This document shows positions 1 to 9,921 of a DNA stretch of 64,000 nt, in pieces (the first letter of the stretch is position 1; each line of letters begins with the position of its first letter). The translations under genes and the position numbers were made by a program. The notes under the pieces were generated by a model. It was not told where the DNA came from, searched no databases, and saw only the letters and a list, made by a program, of their open reading frames with translations. The DNA comes from Chloroflexota bacterium. Lineage in GTDB: Bacteria; Chloroflexota; UBA11872. The DNA is taken from positions 3,036,281-3,100,280 of the forward strand of contig CBDHGI010000006.1 of assembly GCA_965263075.1 (NCBI GenBank). Direction: 5' to 3'.

Positions 1-210
1 GGCTTCGTCTACCGAACCGACGTGCTCGCCTCCGGCGGCCGCTTGCAAGTCATCGAAACCCCGCCCCAACTCCAGGTCACCGCCAACTATCCCGCCGCCG
101 TCCTCCGCGACGCCCCAAACCCCGAGCTGGCCCAGCGCTTCCTCGCCTACCTCCACTCCCCCAAAGCGCAGGCCATCCTCACCCGCCACGGCTTCGCCCC
201 CGCCGCTTGA
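1..210 (+). CDS. modA: molybdate ABC transporter substrate-binding protein, C-terminal fragment (5' end outside window)
   Basis: Frame 1 is open from base 1 to TGA 208-210. Translation GFVYRTDVLASGG...NYPAAVLRDAPNPELAQRFLAYLHSPKAQAILTRHGF resembles ModA C-termini. modB and modC follow. Confidence 0.75.
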   Translation, partial: GFVYRTDVLASGGRLQVIETPPQLQVTANYPAAVLRDAPNPELAQRFLAYLHSPKAQAILTRHGFAPAA

Positions 211-328
211 ACCCAATGCCTGCCACCCACCCGTCCCATCCACTACCCAGCCTCCCCCGGCTCACTCATCCCCCGCAGGCGGCCGCCCCGCGAAATCCGC
301 GTCAGCGCCAGCCGAAAAAATCGCCCAA

Positions 329-381
329 AACGGTCACGCGCCAGCCCGGCCCCTCTGGGGCCGGGCTGGCGCGTGACCGTT
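329..381. repeat. perfect 25-bp-stem hairpin with 3-nt loop in the modA-modB spacer (palindromic intergenic element, copy 1)
   Basis: AACGGTCACGCGCCAGCCCGGCCCC-tct-GGGGCCGGGCTGGCGCGTGACCGTT. Every base 329-353 pairs with 381-357. It is bracketed by TCGCCCAAAA upstream and ACCCCCAACC downstream, as is the hairpin at 27534-27588. Confidence 0.85.
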
Positions 382-495
382 CCCCCCTTAACCCCCAACC
401 GCAAACGTCCAACGCAGCGACGAAAACCTGCGCGGCAACCACTCCGAACCCAGCCGGTGCGATGATTCTCGTCGCCGCTTTGCGAGGACCTTGAC

Positions 496-1320
496 CTGAC
501 CCCGCCGCCCCGCTCAGCCCCGCGCTCCCCACTTTCCTGGGGCCAACTCCTCATCTGGCTGCTGGCAGCCCTGGCACTCGCCCTCGTTCTGGCTCCCGTC
601 GGAGTCCTCATCGCCCGCGGCGTCACCCAGGCCGATATCGGCGCGGCTCTCACCAGCCCCTTCGTCCGCGGCGCTGTCCAACTCTCGCTCATCACCTCAG
701 CAGTCGCCGTCGTGGCCATCGTTGCCCTCGGAACTCCTACCGCCTACCTGCTGGCCCGGCGACGCTTCCCCGGCCGCGCTCTGGTCGACGCCATCATCGA
801 CTTGCCCATAGTCCTGCCCCCCGTCGTCGGCGGCCTGGCCTTGCTGCTGCTCCTGGGACGCCAGGGACCCGTCGGCGGTCCGCTGGCCGGCGCCGGGATC
901 GACGTCGCCTTCACCACCGCCGCCGTCGTGCTGGCCCAGATGTTCGTCGCCGCCCCCTTCTACATCCGCGCCGCCCGCGCCGGCTTCGAGAGCGTCGACC
1001 AGCGCCTCGAAGCCGTCTCCTCCACCCTCGGCGCCCGCCCCTGGCGCACCTTCCGCCGCATCACCGTCCCGCTGGCCCTCCCCTCGCTGGCCGGCGGCGC
1101 CGTCATGGCTTGGGCACGCGCATTGGGCGAGTTCGGCGCAACCATCATGTTTGCCGGCAACGTTGCCGGACGAACCCAGACCATGCCGCTCGCGATCCTC
1201 GAAGCCATGGAAGCCGACGCCAACGCGGCCATCGCCATAGCCGTCGTCCTGGCCGCCATTGCCCTCGCCGTCCTGATCGCCTTTCGAGGGCTCGCCCGAG
1301 CCGGAAGCCGCGCGCTGTGA
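496..1320 (+). CDS. modB: molybdate ABC transporter permease (5' end uncertain)
   Basis: GTPTAYLLARRRFPGRALVDAIIDLPIVLPPVVGGLALLLL is the ModB/CysTW-type permease signature. A TM1-like segment (LLIWLLAALALALVLAPVGVL) is encoded in frame upstream of the first GTG (712). No ATG/GTG/TTG exists between the in-frame stop at 463-465 and 712. Position 496 is an in-frame CTG. Confidence 0.8.
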   Translation: MTPPPRSAPRSPLSWGQLLIWLLAALALALVLAPVGVLIARGVTQADIGAALTSPFVRGAVQLSLITSAVAVVAIVALGTPTAYLLARRRFPGRALVDAIIDLPIVLPPVVGGLALLLLLGRQGPVGGPLAGAGIDVAFTTAAVVLAQMFVAAPFYIRAARAGFESVDQRLEAVSSTLGARPWRTFRRITVPLALPSLAGGAVMAWARALGEFGATIMFAGNVAGRTQTMPLAILEAMEADANAAIAIAVVLAAIALAVLIAFRGLARAGSRAL

Positions 1321-2399
1321 TCGAGATCGACGTCACCCTCACGCTCGGCAGCTTCCGGCTCGTGTCCAAGCTCCAGGTCGGACCCGGAATCACAGTCCTC
1401 TTCGGCCAATCCGGCGCGGGCAAAACCCTCACCCTCGAAGCCATCGCCGGACTCCTCACACCCGATCGTGGTCGCATAGCCATCCACGACCGCCCGGTCT
1501 TCGACGCGGCGGCAGGCCTCAACATTCCGCCCTACGACCGCCACCTCGGCTACGTCGTACAGAGCTACGCGCTATTCCCCCACCTCACCGTGGCCCAGAA
1601 CGTCGCCTATGGTGTCTTCGATTTGCCCCGCCCCGAACGCGACCGGCGGGTCGACGACCTGCTCCGCACCCTGGGCATCCAGGACTTGGCCGACCGCCGC
1701 CCGGCCCAGATCTCCGGCGGCCAGGCCCAGCGCACCGCTCTGGCCCGAGCCCTGGTCCGCAGGCCCCAGGCTCTCCTGTTGGACGAACCGTTTGCCGCGC
1801 TCGACGAGGGCGTTGCCCTCACGCTCCGCCGCGAACTCCGCCGCCTCGTCCGCGACCTGAACCTTCCCGTACTCATGGTCACGCACGACCTCACCGAAGC
1901 CAGTCACATCGGCGACCACATCGCTGTGATGGACGCCGGCCAGGTCCTGCAAGTCGGCGACCGCCCAGACGTGCTCCATCGCCCGCGCAGCGCCCGCGTG
2001 GCTCGCCTGCTCGGAATCGCCAACGTCCTGGAAGGAGAGGCCGTGGTCGCGGATGATCAGGTAGTGGTCCAAACCCCCATCGGCCCCCTGCAAACTGCCC
2101 AAGCCGACGTCACCCAAGGCACAGTCCAAATCGCCCTCCGCGCCGACCAGATCATCCTGACGCGGCCCGACCGATCTCCCAACGACCGTCCCAACACCCT
2201 CGACGTCGAAATCGTCGACGAAGCCGACTTCGGCCACTCCCGTACCCTCTACGCGCGCGTTCCCAACGCAGCAATCCCCGCCGCCCCCACCATTGAGATC
2301 CAAATCGCCCCCCACCCCTACCGGGTCATGGGCGTCGCCACCCGTCGCCACTGGCGCGTCCACATCCCACCCGAAGCCGTCCACGTGATGCCGACCTGA
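1317..2399 (+). CDS. modC: molybdate ABC transporter ATP-binding protein with C-terminal TOBE-like domain
   Basis: GTG 1317 overlaps the modB stop (GTGA). Walker A is GQSGAGKT, the signature is ISGGQAQR and Walker B is LLLDEP. The track ORF from 1110 would overlap modB by about 200 nt and is not needed. Confidence 0.9.
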   Translation: MIEIDVTLTLGSFRLVSKLQVGPGITVLFGQSGAGKTLTLEAIAGLLTPDRGRIAIHDRPVFDAAAGLNIPPYDRHLGYVVQSYALFPHLTVAQNVAYGVFDLPRPERDRRVDDLLRTLGIQDLADRRPAQISGGQAQRTALARALVRRPQALLLDEPFAALDEGVALTLRRELRRLVRDLNLPVLMVTHDLTEASHIGDHIAVMDAGQVLQVGDRPDVLHRPRSARVARLLGIANVLEGEAVVADDQVVVQTPIGPLQTAQADVTQGTVQIALRADQIILTRPDRSPNDRPNTLDVEIVDEADFGHSRTLYARVPNAAIPAAPTIEIQIAPHPYRVMGVATRRHWRVHIPPEAVHVMPT

Positions 2400-2432
2400 C
2401 ATGCTGGAGGCAGACGCCCCCAGATCAGCCCT

Positions 2433-3254
2433 ATGACCTACGCCGCCGAACTCGCCTTTGCCGTAGACACCGTCCGCCGCGCTGCCAAGCCGGCACTGGC
2501 GCTGTTTGAGCGTTCCGACCTGCCGGTCTTCGACAAACCTGACGGCAGCATCGTCACCCAGGCCGACCTGGACGTGAACGACCTCATCGTGGACGCAATA
2601 GCGGCGGCCTACCCACACGACGCCATCCTCTCGGAAGAGGGGCCTGACGACCCAAACCGCCTGAGCAACTCGCGCTGCTGGATTGTCGACCCGATCGACG
2701 GCACCTCGCACTACGAGCGCGGCGACCGCGACTGGTCGATCATGCTCGCGCTTGTGGTGGATGGCGTGGCCGTGGTTGGGGCCGTGAACCGTCCCGCAAT
2801 GCGCGAGCTTCGGTCGGGCGCCGTGGGAGTCATGCCGACTCTGGAGCACGACGGGCGAACGGTCCAACTGGAGGCAAAGCCGTTGGCTGGCTCATCGCTC
2901 TACGTCGTGCACAGCCCGAGCGCCGCAGCCATCGCCGAGGTGCCCGGAAGTGCCGGCGCGAGCTTCACGGTCTCCTACCACGGCCTCATGAGCATGACGA
3001 CCATGCTCTCCGCCGGGATGCACGCGTACGTGACGCCCCGCACAACCGGCTACGAGTGGGACCTGGCGCCCCACGCCGCAATGCTCGGAGCGGCCGGTGG
3101 CCTGGTAACCGACTTCCAAAGCCGCCCACACACCTTCAACACGCCCGATCCGTTGATTCGCGGCGGCGTCATCGGGGCGGTGTCGCCCGAAGCGCATGCC
3201 CGTGCACTGGCCCTGGTTCGCGAGGCCCGGCTCAAGGCCTTACAGGGTGCCTAG
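2433..3254 (+). CDS. inositol monophosphatase family protein (IMPase/CysQ-like)
   Basis: ILSEEGPDD ... WIVDPIDGTSHY motifs are typical of the IMPase/FBPase-fold phosphatases. Confidence 0.8.
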   Translation: MTYAAELAFAVDTVRRAAKPALALFERSDLPVFDKPDGSIVTQADLDVNDLIVDAIAAAYPHDAILSEEGPDDPNRLSNSRCWIVDPIDGTSHYERGDRDWSIMLALVVDGVAVVGAVNRPAMRELRSGAVGVMPTLEHDGRTVQLEAKPLAGSSLYVVHSPSAAAIAEVPGSAGASFTVSYHGLMSMTTMLSAGMHAYVTPRTTGYEWDLAPHAAMLGAAGGLVTDFQSRPHTFNTPDPLIRGGVIGAVSPEAHARALALVREARLKALQGA

Positions 3255-3303
3255 AGTTGCTGCACCGCTACACTCCCCACAATCCACGCCCCGGAGCCGC
3301 ATC

Positions 3304-4773
3304 ATGCGCATAGCCACCGGCAACATCGGGCACGAGTCCAGCACCTTCACGCCCATCGAAACGCCCTACGAGGTGTTTCAGGAATCCTCCAGGGGCTTCT
3401 ACCGCGGCCCCGAGGTCATCGAGGCCATGAGCGACACCAACACCGGCTGCGGCGGCTTTATCGACTCCGCGGCAACCCACGGCTACGAGTTGGTCCCGAT
3501 CCTCTGGACCTTCGCCGAGCCCTCCGGCCCGGTCCACGCCGAAGCCTGGGCCCGCCTGAAGTCCGAGTTCCTGGAGCGCCTTGAAGCCGCCATGCCGGTT
3601 GACGGCGCGTTGCTGGACTTGCACGGTGCAATGGTCATTCAGGGCATCGACGACGGCGAAGGCGATCTCCTCCGCGGCGTGCGCTCGATCCTCGGACCCG
3701 ACCGCCCGGTGATCGTCACCCTCGACCTGCACGCCAACATCAGCGACGCGATGGCCGAGCTGTCCGACGTCATCATTCCCTGCGATACCTACCCTCACGT
3801 CGACTTCCGCGAGCGGGGCCGGGAGGCTGCCGACCTGATCGTCCGCACCCTGCGCGGAGAGATTCGCCCCACCATGGCGGTCGAGCTTCTGCCCCTGCTC
3901 TGGGCCGGCGGCAACGTGACCGGCTTCGAGCCGTTCGACGGCATCGTCGCCCGCGCCCACCAACTCGAAGCCCAGCCCGGCATCCTCACCGCCTCCGTCA
4001 ACCCGGGGTTCGCCTGGGCGGACATCCCCGAAGCCGGCACCTCCGTCGTTGTAGTAACGGACGACGATCCCCCCAGGGCCAGGCGCGAGGCCAAGGCCTA
4101 CGCGGATTGGATCTTCGGGCAACGCCAGCAATTCCTGGTCGACTTGGTCACGTTTGACGACGCGTTGGCTGAAGCTCGATCAGCCGGTCCTGGCCCAATC
4201 GTGATCGCCGATGGTCAGGACAACCCCGGCGGCGGCGCCCCGGGCGACTCCACCGGCTTGTTGCGCGCGTTCCTCCAGCACGATTTCCAGGATGCGCTGG
4301 TCCTCACCATCTGCGACCCCGAGACCGTGCAGCACGCCCAGGCGGCCGGGCACGACGCCGAGATCGAAGTCGACATCGGCGGCAAGTCGCATCCCGATCA
4401 GGGCTCACCAGTGCGCGCGCGCGCAACTGTGGAACGATTGCTGAACCTCGAGTTCGTAATCCGCGGTCCGATGATGACGGGCATCACCCAGAAGTTCGGC
4501 CCTACGGCTCTTCTTCGCATCGGCGGCGTTCGGGTCGCCGTCACCACCAACCGTCTGCAGCTATTCAGCCTCGAGTGCCCGCGCGCGCTCGGCATCGAGC
4601 CAACCGCCCTGCGCTGGATCGGCGTCAAATCCTCAAACCACTTCCGCGCGGCCTACGGCCCCATCGCCACCCAGGTCCACCGCGTCGCCTTCCCCGCCGT
4701 CCAGTCCCACGACCCCCGCGACCTCACCTACCAAAACCTCCGCCGCCCCATCTTCCCGCTCGACCCGATTTAG
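3304..4773 (+). CDS. M81 family metallopeptidase (MlrC-like)
   Basis: The start MRIATGNIGHESSTFTP matches the MlrC N-terminal pattern. The upstream part of track ORF 3196 overlaps the previous gene. Confidence 0.75.
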   Translation: MRIATGNIGHESSTFTPIETPYEVFQESSRGFYRGPEVIEAMSDTNTGCGGFIDSAATHGYELVPILWTFAEPSGPVHAEAWARLKSEFLERLEAAMPVDGALLDLHGAMVIQGIDDGEGDLLRGVRSILGPDRPVIVTLDLHANISDAMAELSDVIIPCDTYPHVDFRERGREAADLIVRTLRGEIRPTMAVELLPLLWAGGNVTGFEPFDGIVARAHQLEAQPGILTASVNPGFAWADIPEAGTSVVVVTDDDPPRARREAKAYADWIFGQRQQFLVDLVTFDDALAEARSAGPGPIVIADGQDNPGGGAPGDSTGLLRAFLQHDFQDALVLTICDPETVQHAQAAGHDAEIEVDIGGKSHPDQGSPVRARATVERLLNLEFVIRGPMMTGITQKFGPTALLRIGGVRVAVTTNRLQLFSLECPRALGIEPTALRWIGVKSSNHFRAAYGPIATQVHRVAFPAVQSHDPRDLTYQNLRRPIFPLDPI

Positions 4774-4788
4774 TTAGCTGATGAGTCG

Positions 4789-6423
4789 CTACTCAGTGCC
4801 ACCGAACCGCAACGCTGTCTCGATCTCCGCGTGTCCACGCCGCCGCGCCCACGCAATCGGCGTAGCCCAACACTTCCCGGCCAGACTCGGATCCGCCCCG
4901 CGTGCCAGCAGCAGCTCCACCATGTCATTGAGACCATTCCGAGCCGCCCACCCCAGCGGCGTCGAGCGGTACTCCTCGTCGAGCGCGTTGATATCGGCGC
5001 CGAACTCCAGGAACAGGTCCAGAAGCACATGCCGGTTCGGGTCCGGCTGGCCGCGCCCACCGCGGCCGCAGATGTCATGCAACGGTGTCACTCGCTGCCA
5101 GTTCGGCAGGCTCGAATCCATCCCGTGTTCCAGCAGCACGCGCGTCATGCCCGGTGTTTTCCACAGGTAGGTTCGGCAGCCCGTCACCACCTTGGGAACC
5201 CGCACGCCGCGGTCCAGCAGCGGCTGCAAGATGTCACGCCGCTCGAACATCACCACCATCGCGAAGATGCCGCCGCAACCGCCCATGCTCACTGCGTCCG
5301 GATCGGCATCAGCCATTGCCAACACAGCTTCGTCGTCGCCGTCCAACAAGTGCCCGGTCGCGTCTACGTGCCCGCCATGGTCTTCAAAGAGCCTTCGGAG
5401 TTCAGGCTCCTTCGCCATCCACGTCGCCGTCCCCGAGGACTCGATGCCGGCGTTAGGATCCGCGCTCGCCTTCATCAGCATCCGGGCCATTTCGCCATCC
5501 CCGCGCTGTGCGGCGTGCCAAAGCGCCCTCCCCCGCGGAGCGTCACGCCCCTCGCGCAGGTTCGGATCAACTCCGCTCTCCAGCAGAGCGCGTATCACGT
5601 CGATATATCCGCGGCGCGCGGCCTGACCCATTGGCCGACCAGCCTGATCGCCGAGCGCGCCAATGGCGTCCGGGTCGGCATTTAGGATTCGCCGCACTTC
5701 ATCGGCGTCACCCATCGCCGCAGCCACGTCAATCGTCAACGCGGCCCCTCTGGCAAGAAGCTCTCGCGTCATGTCCATGTCGTTGCGCTTCAACGCCAGA
5801 TCGATCGGCCGCTGACCTACCGGCCGGTACCAGGCATCAGGCCGGTTGCCGCCGCCCCCGGCCTGACGAGCGTCGGGCGCCGCCCCGAGTTTGAGCAGCA
5901 GGCGGACGCACTCGGCGTGCCCGGCTTCGACCGCCCGATGCACCGGTGTGAACCCCTCGCCATCGCCGAGAACCAACAGCGAGCCGTCCGCTTCAACCAG
6001 CGCTCGCAACCTCCCGATGTCGCCTTCTGTTGCTGCCGCGTGAACTTCGTGCGGTCCGGTACCGAGCCCTCGCGCTGCCCGCGCCCGCTCGATGATCACG
6101 GCCGCATCCTCGTGCCCTCGGTCACGCGCGACGGTCGCCAGCGGCTCGTGCCCGTAGCGTCGGTACGTCGGGTCGGCGCCCAGCGTGAGCAGGGTTTCCA
6201 CGACGTCTTGATGGCCCTCGCGAACCGCGAAGTGCAGCGGCTGCGTGTACCAGTACTCGGCGCGCACGAGGTTCGGATCGAGCGCTGCTAGGGCTCGCAC
6301 GCGGGCATCGTCCCCCTCGAGCGCGGCGCGCAACATCGCCCAGATGTCGGCCGGCTCACAGCCCCATGTCCCTGGGTTGTCCCGCCACAGCGAGTCGGTC
6401 GGCGCCGGCGCGATCAACTGCAC
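4789..6423 (-). CDS. ankyrin repeat protein (about 12 repeats)
   Basis: There are many TPLH.A...GH...V..LL..GADP-type units, e.g. QPLHFAVREGHQDVVETLLTLGADP and TPVHRAVEAGHAECVRLLLKLGAAP. Confidence 0.85.
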   Translation of the reverse strand: MQLIAPAPTDSLWRDNPGTWGCEPADIWAMLRAALEGDDARVRALAALDPNLVRAEYWYTQPLHFAVREGHQDVVETLLTLGADPTYRRYGHEPLATVARDRGHEDAAVIIERARAARGLGTGPHEVHAAATEGDIGRLRALVEADGSLLVLGDGEGFTPVHRAVEAGHAECVRLLLKLGAAPDARQAGGGGNRPDAWYRPVGQRPIDLALKRNDMDMTRELLARGAALTIDVAAAMGDADEVRRILNADPDAIGALGDQAGRPMGQAARRGYIDVIRALLESGVDPNLREGRDAPRGRALWHAAQRGDGEMARMLMKASADPNAGIESSGTATWMAKEPELRRLFEDHGGHVDATGHLLDGDDEAVLAMADADPDAVSMGGCGGIFAMVVMFERRDILQPLLDRGVRVPKVVTGCRTYLWKTPGMTRVLLEHGMDSSLPNWQRVTPLHDICGRGGRGQPDPNRHVLLDLFLEFGADINALDEEYRSTPLGWAARNGLNDMVELLLARGADPSLAGKCWATPIAWARRRGHAEIETALRFGGTE

Positions 6424-6497
6424 GGAGTTCTCCGCGACAGGCTCATGCTGTCATGCGAGTCAACGGTTGCAGCCTTTGGGCAGCCGACGCCACTGGC

Positions 6498-7265
6498 CTA
6501 AAACGGCAGGAACGCCCGTCCCCCGCCATCAACCGTGATCGCGCTCCCGGTCACGTAGCGGCACTCGTCACTCGCCAGGTACACCGCCGCCGCGGCCACG
6601 TCCTCGGGCGTCCCGTAGGGGCCTTGCGGAATCACCCGCGACCGTTTCGCTCGAATCTCCGGGTCACGCGCACGCGCTTCCGAGCGTTCCACCCGAATCG
6701 GGCCGGGTGCTATCAGATTCACGGCTATTCCGTATGGCGCCAGGTCCACCGCCATCGCTCGGGTCAGCAGCCACAGCCCGCCCTTGCTGGCGGCATACGG
6801 CGAGGCGTTGGCCTCGGCCGCGAACGAATCCACTGATCCCGTATTGACGATCCTGCCCTCGATAGCCTCGGCCGCCATGTGGCGGGCCACCGCCTGGGCC
6901 ACCACGAACGCGCCGGTCAGGTTCGTATCGATGTAGCTATGCCAGTCCTCCAGCTTGACCTCCAGGAAAGGACCGACCTGGCCGGTTCGAGCCGCGTTGT
7001 TGATCAGGATGTCCAGCAGCTCAACGCGCTCCAGTGCTTCCTCCACGACGGCGGCGGCGCCGGCTGGCGTGCCCACGTCGCCTGCAAAGGCCGTGACAGT
7101 GCCGCCATCGGCTCGGATTCCCTCTGCGGTGGCTTCCAGCAGGCCGACACTCCGCTGCGTCAGAATCACGTGCGCGCCCTCGGCGGCGAACCGACGCGCA
7201 ATCCCGGCGCCGATGCCTCTTCCGCCGCCCGTAATCAGCGCCCGTTTGCCCTCAAGTCGTCCCAT
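6498..7265 (-). CDS. SDR family oxidoreductase
   Basis: KRALITGGGRGIGAGIARRFAAEGAHV Rossmann motif and Y..SK catalytic pair (YAASKGG). ATG 7265 is preceded by GGGAG at about -8. An alternative GTG lies at 7292. Confidence 0.85.
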   Translation of the reverse strand: MGRLEGKRALITGGGRGIGAGIARRFAAEGAHVILTQRSVGLLEATAEGIRADGGTVTAFAGDVGTPAGAAAVVEEALERVELLDILINNAARTGQVGPFLEVKLEDWHSYIDTNLTGAFVVAQAVARHMAAEAIEGRIVNTGSVDSFAAEANASPYAASKGGLWLLTRAMAVDLAPYGIAVNLIAPGPIRVERSEARARDPEIRAKRSRVIPQGPYGTPEDVAAAAVYLASDECRYVTGSAITVDGGGRAFLPF

Positions 7266-7388
7266 CAGCCGCTCCCAGCCATGCTTGCGCACACGCGAGT
7301 GTGCGCTGCGGCGCCCGCCCGTTCAATCCAGCCTGCCCGGCAACGTGACTCAGGGTTCAGATGCGTCCTATGCCGTAAGGTTGATGCC

Positions 7389-8939
7389 ATGCGACGAATG
7401 CTTGCTGCCCTCGTGCTGGTTGCCTTGGCTGCCGCGTGCGATCCGGCCGCGGCGCCCACAACTCAGCCGCCGGCGCGCTCCACGCCGCCTCCCGCCGTCG
7501 TGTTCTCACCCACCCAGACCACGAAGTCTCAAGCGCCTGCGGTTCAGGCATCCACGACACAGGCTCTCGCGGCGTCTTCCAGCCTGGCCGCACCTGCGAC
7601 CCCACCGCCGCCCGCCCAGACAAGCCCTTCAACAACCGCTGTGCCGACGCTCGCTGTCCCGACCCCAACGCCCACGGCTATGACGAAGCCAACGCCCACG
7701 GCCGGCGTTGAGGTCGCGGCAACGCCTACAGCCACGGAGTCTTCCGTCGAAACCGCGACGCCCGAGCCCGAGCCCGAGCCAACGCCCACGCCAACCCCGG
7801 CGCCCACACCCGAGATCGTGGCCACGCCTCAGGCAGCTTCGTCCGGCGGGCTGGGCATCGAAGTGCAGGTTGTAGCCACCGGGTTCGAGCGGCCCATCTT
7901 CGTTGGCAACGCCGGCGACGCCAGCGGCCGGCTCTTCGTCGTTGAAAAGCACGGCAGGATTTTGGTCGTGCAGGACGGCCAAGTTGCCGCCGAACCCTTC
8001 CTGGACATTGCCGACCGTGTCCGTTCCCAGGCCTACGAGCAAGGTCTGTTCAGCGTCGCCTTCCACCCTGGCTATCCGCACAACGGGCGCATCTTCGTGG
8101 ACTACACCGATCACGGCGGCAACACCGTCGTGTCTGAATTCGCCGCCGATCCCAGCCAGGCCAAGGCCGATCCGCGGTCCGAGCGCGTGCTCCTGCAAAT
8201 CGATCAACCCTTCCAGAATCACAACGGCGGCATGATTGCCTTCGGCCCCCAGGACGGCTACCTCTACATTTCGATGGGCGACGGCGGGTCCGGCGGCGAC
8301 CCCTCGAGTAATGGTCAGAACCCCGGCACGCTGCTCGGCTCGCTCTTGCGCATCGATGTCGATGTCGAGTCCGGCTACGCTGTTCCGGTCGACAACCCCT
8401 TCGCCAGTCAACCCGACAAGCGCCCCGAGATCTTCGCCTACGGCTTGCGCAACGTCTGGCGCTTCTCCTTCGACCGCGTCACCGGCGACCTTTGGCTTGC
8501 CGACGTGGGCCAGAACGACTTGGAAGAAGTCCATCTGGCGCTGGCGCCGCTGCGGGGAGGGCTGAACTTCGGCTGGAACATCATGGAAGGCAGCGCCTGC
8601 TTCCCACCCATCGTGCCCAGCTGCTCAGCTGAGGGCCTCCAGCTTCCGCTAGCCGAATACGGTCGCGACAACGGCTGCTCCATCACCGGCGGCTACGTCT
8701 ACCGCGGACAAGCCTTTCCCGCGCTGGCTGGCGCCTACATCTTTGGGGACTACTGCAGCGGCCGCGTCTGGACGCTCCAACTCGACGATCAGGGCGCCTG
8801 GCAGATGATCCAACGAGCGGACTTCGACTTCCAGATCCCGACGTTTGGCGAGGGCGGCGATGGCGAGCTTTACCTCACCGATGACGCCGGCGGCCGCCTG
8901 CTGCGCCTCATCGGCGTCAACGAACCGCCGTCCGGCTAA
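7389..8939 (+). CDS. PQQ-dependent sugar dehydrogenase (sorbosone/glucose dehydrogenase family), lipoprotein with Pro/Thr-rich linker
   Basis: MRRMLAALVLVALAAAC is a signal peptide plus lipobox. A long P/T/A linker follows, then GFERPIFVG..GRLFVVEKHGRILVV..EQGLFSVAFHP typical of the beta-propeller SGDH family. Confidence 0.8.
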   Translation: MRRMLAALVLVALAAACDPAAAPTTQPPARSTPPPAVVFSPTQTTKSQAPAVQASTTQALAASSSLAAPATPPPPAQTSPSTTAVPTLAVPTPTPTAMTKPTPTAGVEVAATPTATESSVETATPEPEPEPTPTPTPAPTPEIVATPQAASSGGLGIEVQVVATGFERPIFVGNAGDASGRLFVVEKHGRILVVQDGQVAAEPFLDIADRVRSQAYEQGLFSVAFHPGYPHNGRIFVDYTDHGGNTVVSEFAADPSQAKADPRSERVLLQIDQPFQNHNGGMIAFGPQDGYLYISMGDGGSGGDPSSNGQNPGTLLGSLLRIDVDVESGYAVPVDNPFASQPDKRPEIFAYGLRNVWRFSFDRVTGDLWLADVGQNDLEEVHLALAPLRGGLNFGWNIMEGSACFPPIVPSCSAEGLQLPLAEYGRDNGCSITGGYVYRGQAFPALAGAYIFGDYCSGRVWTLQLDDQGAWQMIQRADFDFQIPTFGEGGDGELYLTDDAGGRLLRLIGVNEPPSG

Positions 8940-8997
8940 ACGAACTGCGCGCACTGCCCGGATAGGCGGTGTGCGCCGGACGCCGCCCGCAGGCTAG

Positions 8998-9810
8998 CTA
9001 GACGTCAAAAATTTCGTCCGACACTGTCCCCGGAATACGTTTCCCACGGACGTGCACGTAGCCTCGCACCGCCGGCGAGCCTGGGATTTCCTTGTCATTG
9101 ATCGAGTTGGAGCGCATGTAGTGCGTGGCGTAGCCGCGCCGTCGCGTGTCCGTCTCGTTCGGCCCGCTGGCGTGATACGTCAGGCTGTGGTGGAAGCTCA
9201 CGCTGCCGGGACGTAGCGGAACCGGCACTGTCGGGTAGTCCCCACCGAACTGCCCTTCGATCGTCGGCCGCGACGTCGGCGGGATGACCGCCCAGCGGTG
9301 ACTGCCCGGGACCATCCACAGGCACCCGTTCTCGATTGTCACGTTGTCAATCGCCGCCCAGGCCGAAATCAGGTCCATCGGGAAGATGTTCCTGAACGAG
9401 GCCGAGTCCTGGTGCCACTCCTTCGCCGACCCGTGGCGCGGCGGCTTCATGAACAGCTGGTCGCCATAGAGCGTGATGTCGTCCGTTCCCATCAGGTCGG
9501 CGATCACGTCCACGATCTTGTGGTTGCGGGCGTGCGCGCGCAGCACTTCGTCCTCTGGGACGATGTGTGCCAGCTTGCGCGTCGCCATCACGCGGTCGTC
9601 GACGTCGGCTTCGCCCTCGCGGAACGGCTGTTCCAGTTGGACTGTGCCCTCGACGATGTGATCGGCCTTGCCCGACGCAATCAGGTCCGCCCGCTCGGCC
9701 AGGACCGCGATTTCGTCGGCGTCCAGCAGGTCATCTACGACCAGGAACCCGTTGCGCATGAACTGATCAACGTCTGTCTGCGAAAGCGTGCGGAGCGTGC
9801 TGACGGCCAT
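8998..9810 (-). CDS. phytanoyl-CoA dioxygenase family protein (Fe(II)/2-oxoglutarate oxygenase)
   Basis: The N-terminus ..DQFMRNGFLVVDDLLDADEI.. and WHQD ... H..S..N pattern are typical of PhyH. Confidence 0.8.
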   Translation of the reverse strand: MAVSTLRTLSQTDVDQFMRNGFLVVDDLLDADEIAVLAERADLIASGKADHIVEGTVQLEQPFREGEADVDDRVMATRKLAHIVPEDEVLRAHARNHKIVDVIADLMGTDDITLYGDQLFMKPPRHGSAKEWHQDSASFRNIFPMDLISAWAAIDNVTIENGCLWMVPGSHRWAVIPPTSRPTIEGQFGGDYPTVPVPLRPGSVSFHHSLTYHASGPNETDTRRRGYATHYMRSNSINDKEIPGSPAVRGYVHVRGKRIPGTVSDEIFDV

Positions 9811-9921
9811 GTCAAGCCTCCAAGCCGGCGGAGCGAACCAACGGTTCAGTACCGAAAGAATATACGACTCCGCGCCCGCTCGCTTAGCCTGCCAGCTCTG
9901 TTTTCGGTTGTGGCCAAGCGT

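Noticed and set aside
1572-2867. 431-aa minus-strand ORF across modC and the IMPase gene
   Set aside because: It is antisense to two motif-supported genes and carries no recognisable motifs.
6879-7388. 170-codon N-terminal extension of the sugar dehydrogenase ORF
   Set aside because: It is antisense to the SDR gene and Arg/Gly-rich. A clean signal peptide and lipobox begin at ATG 7389.
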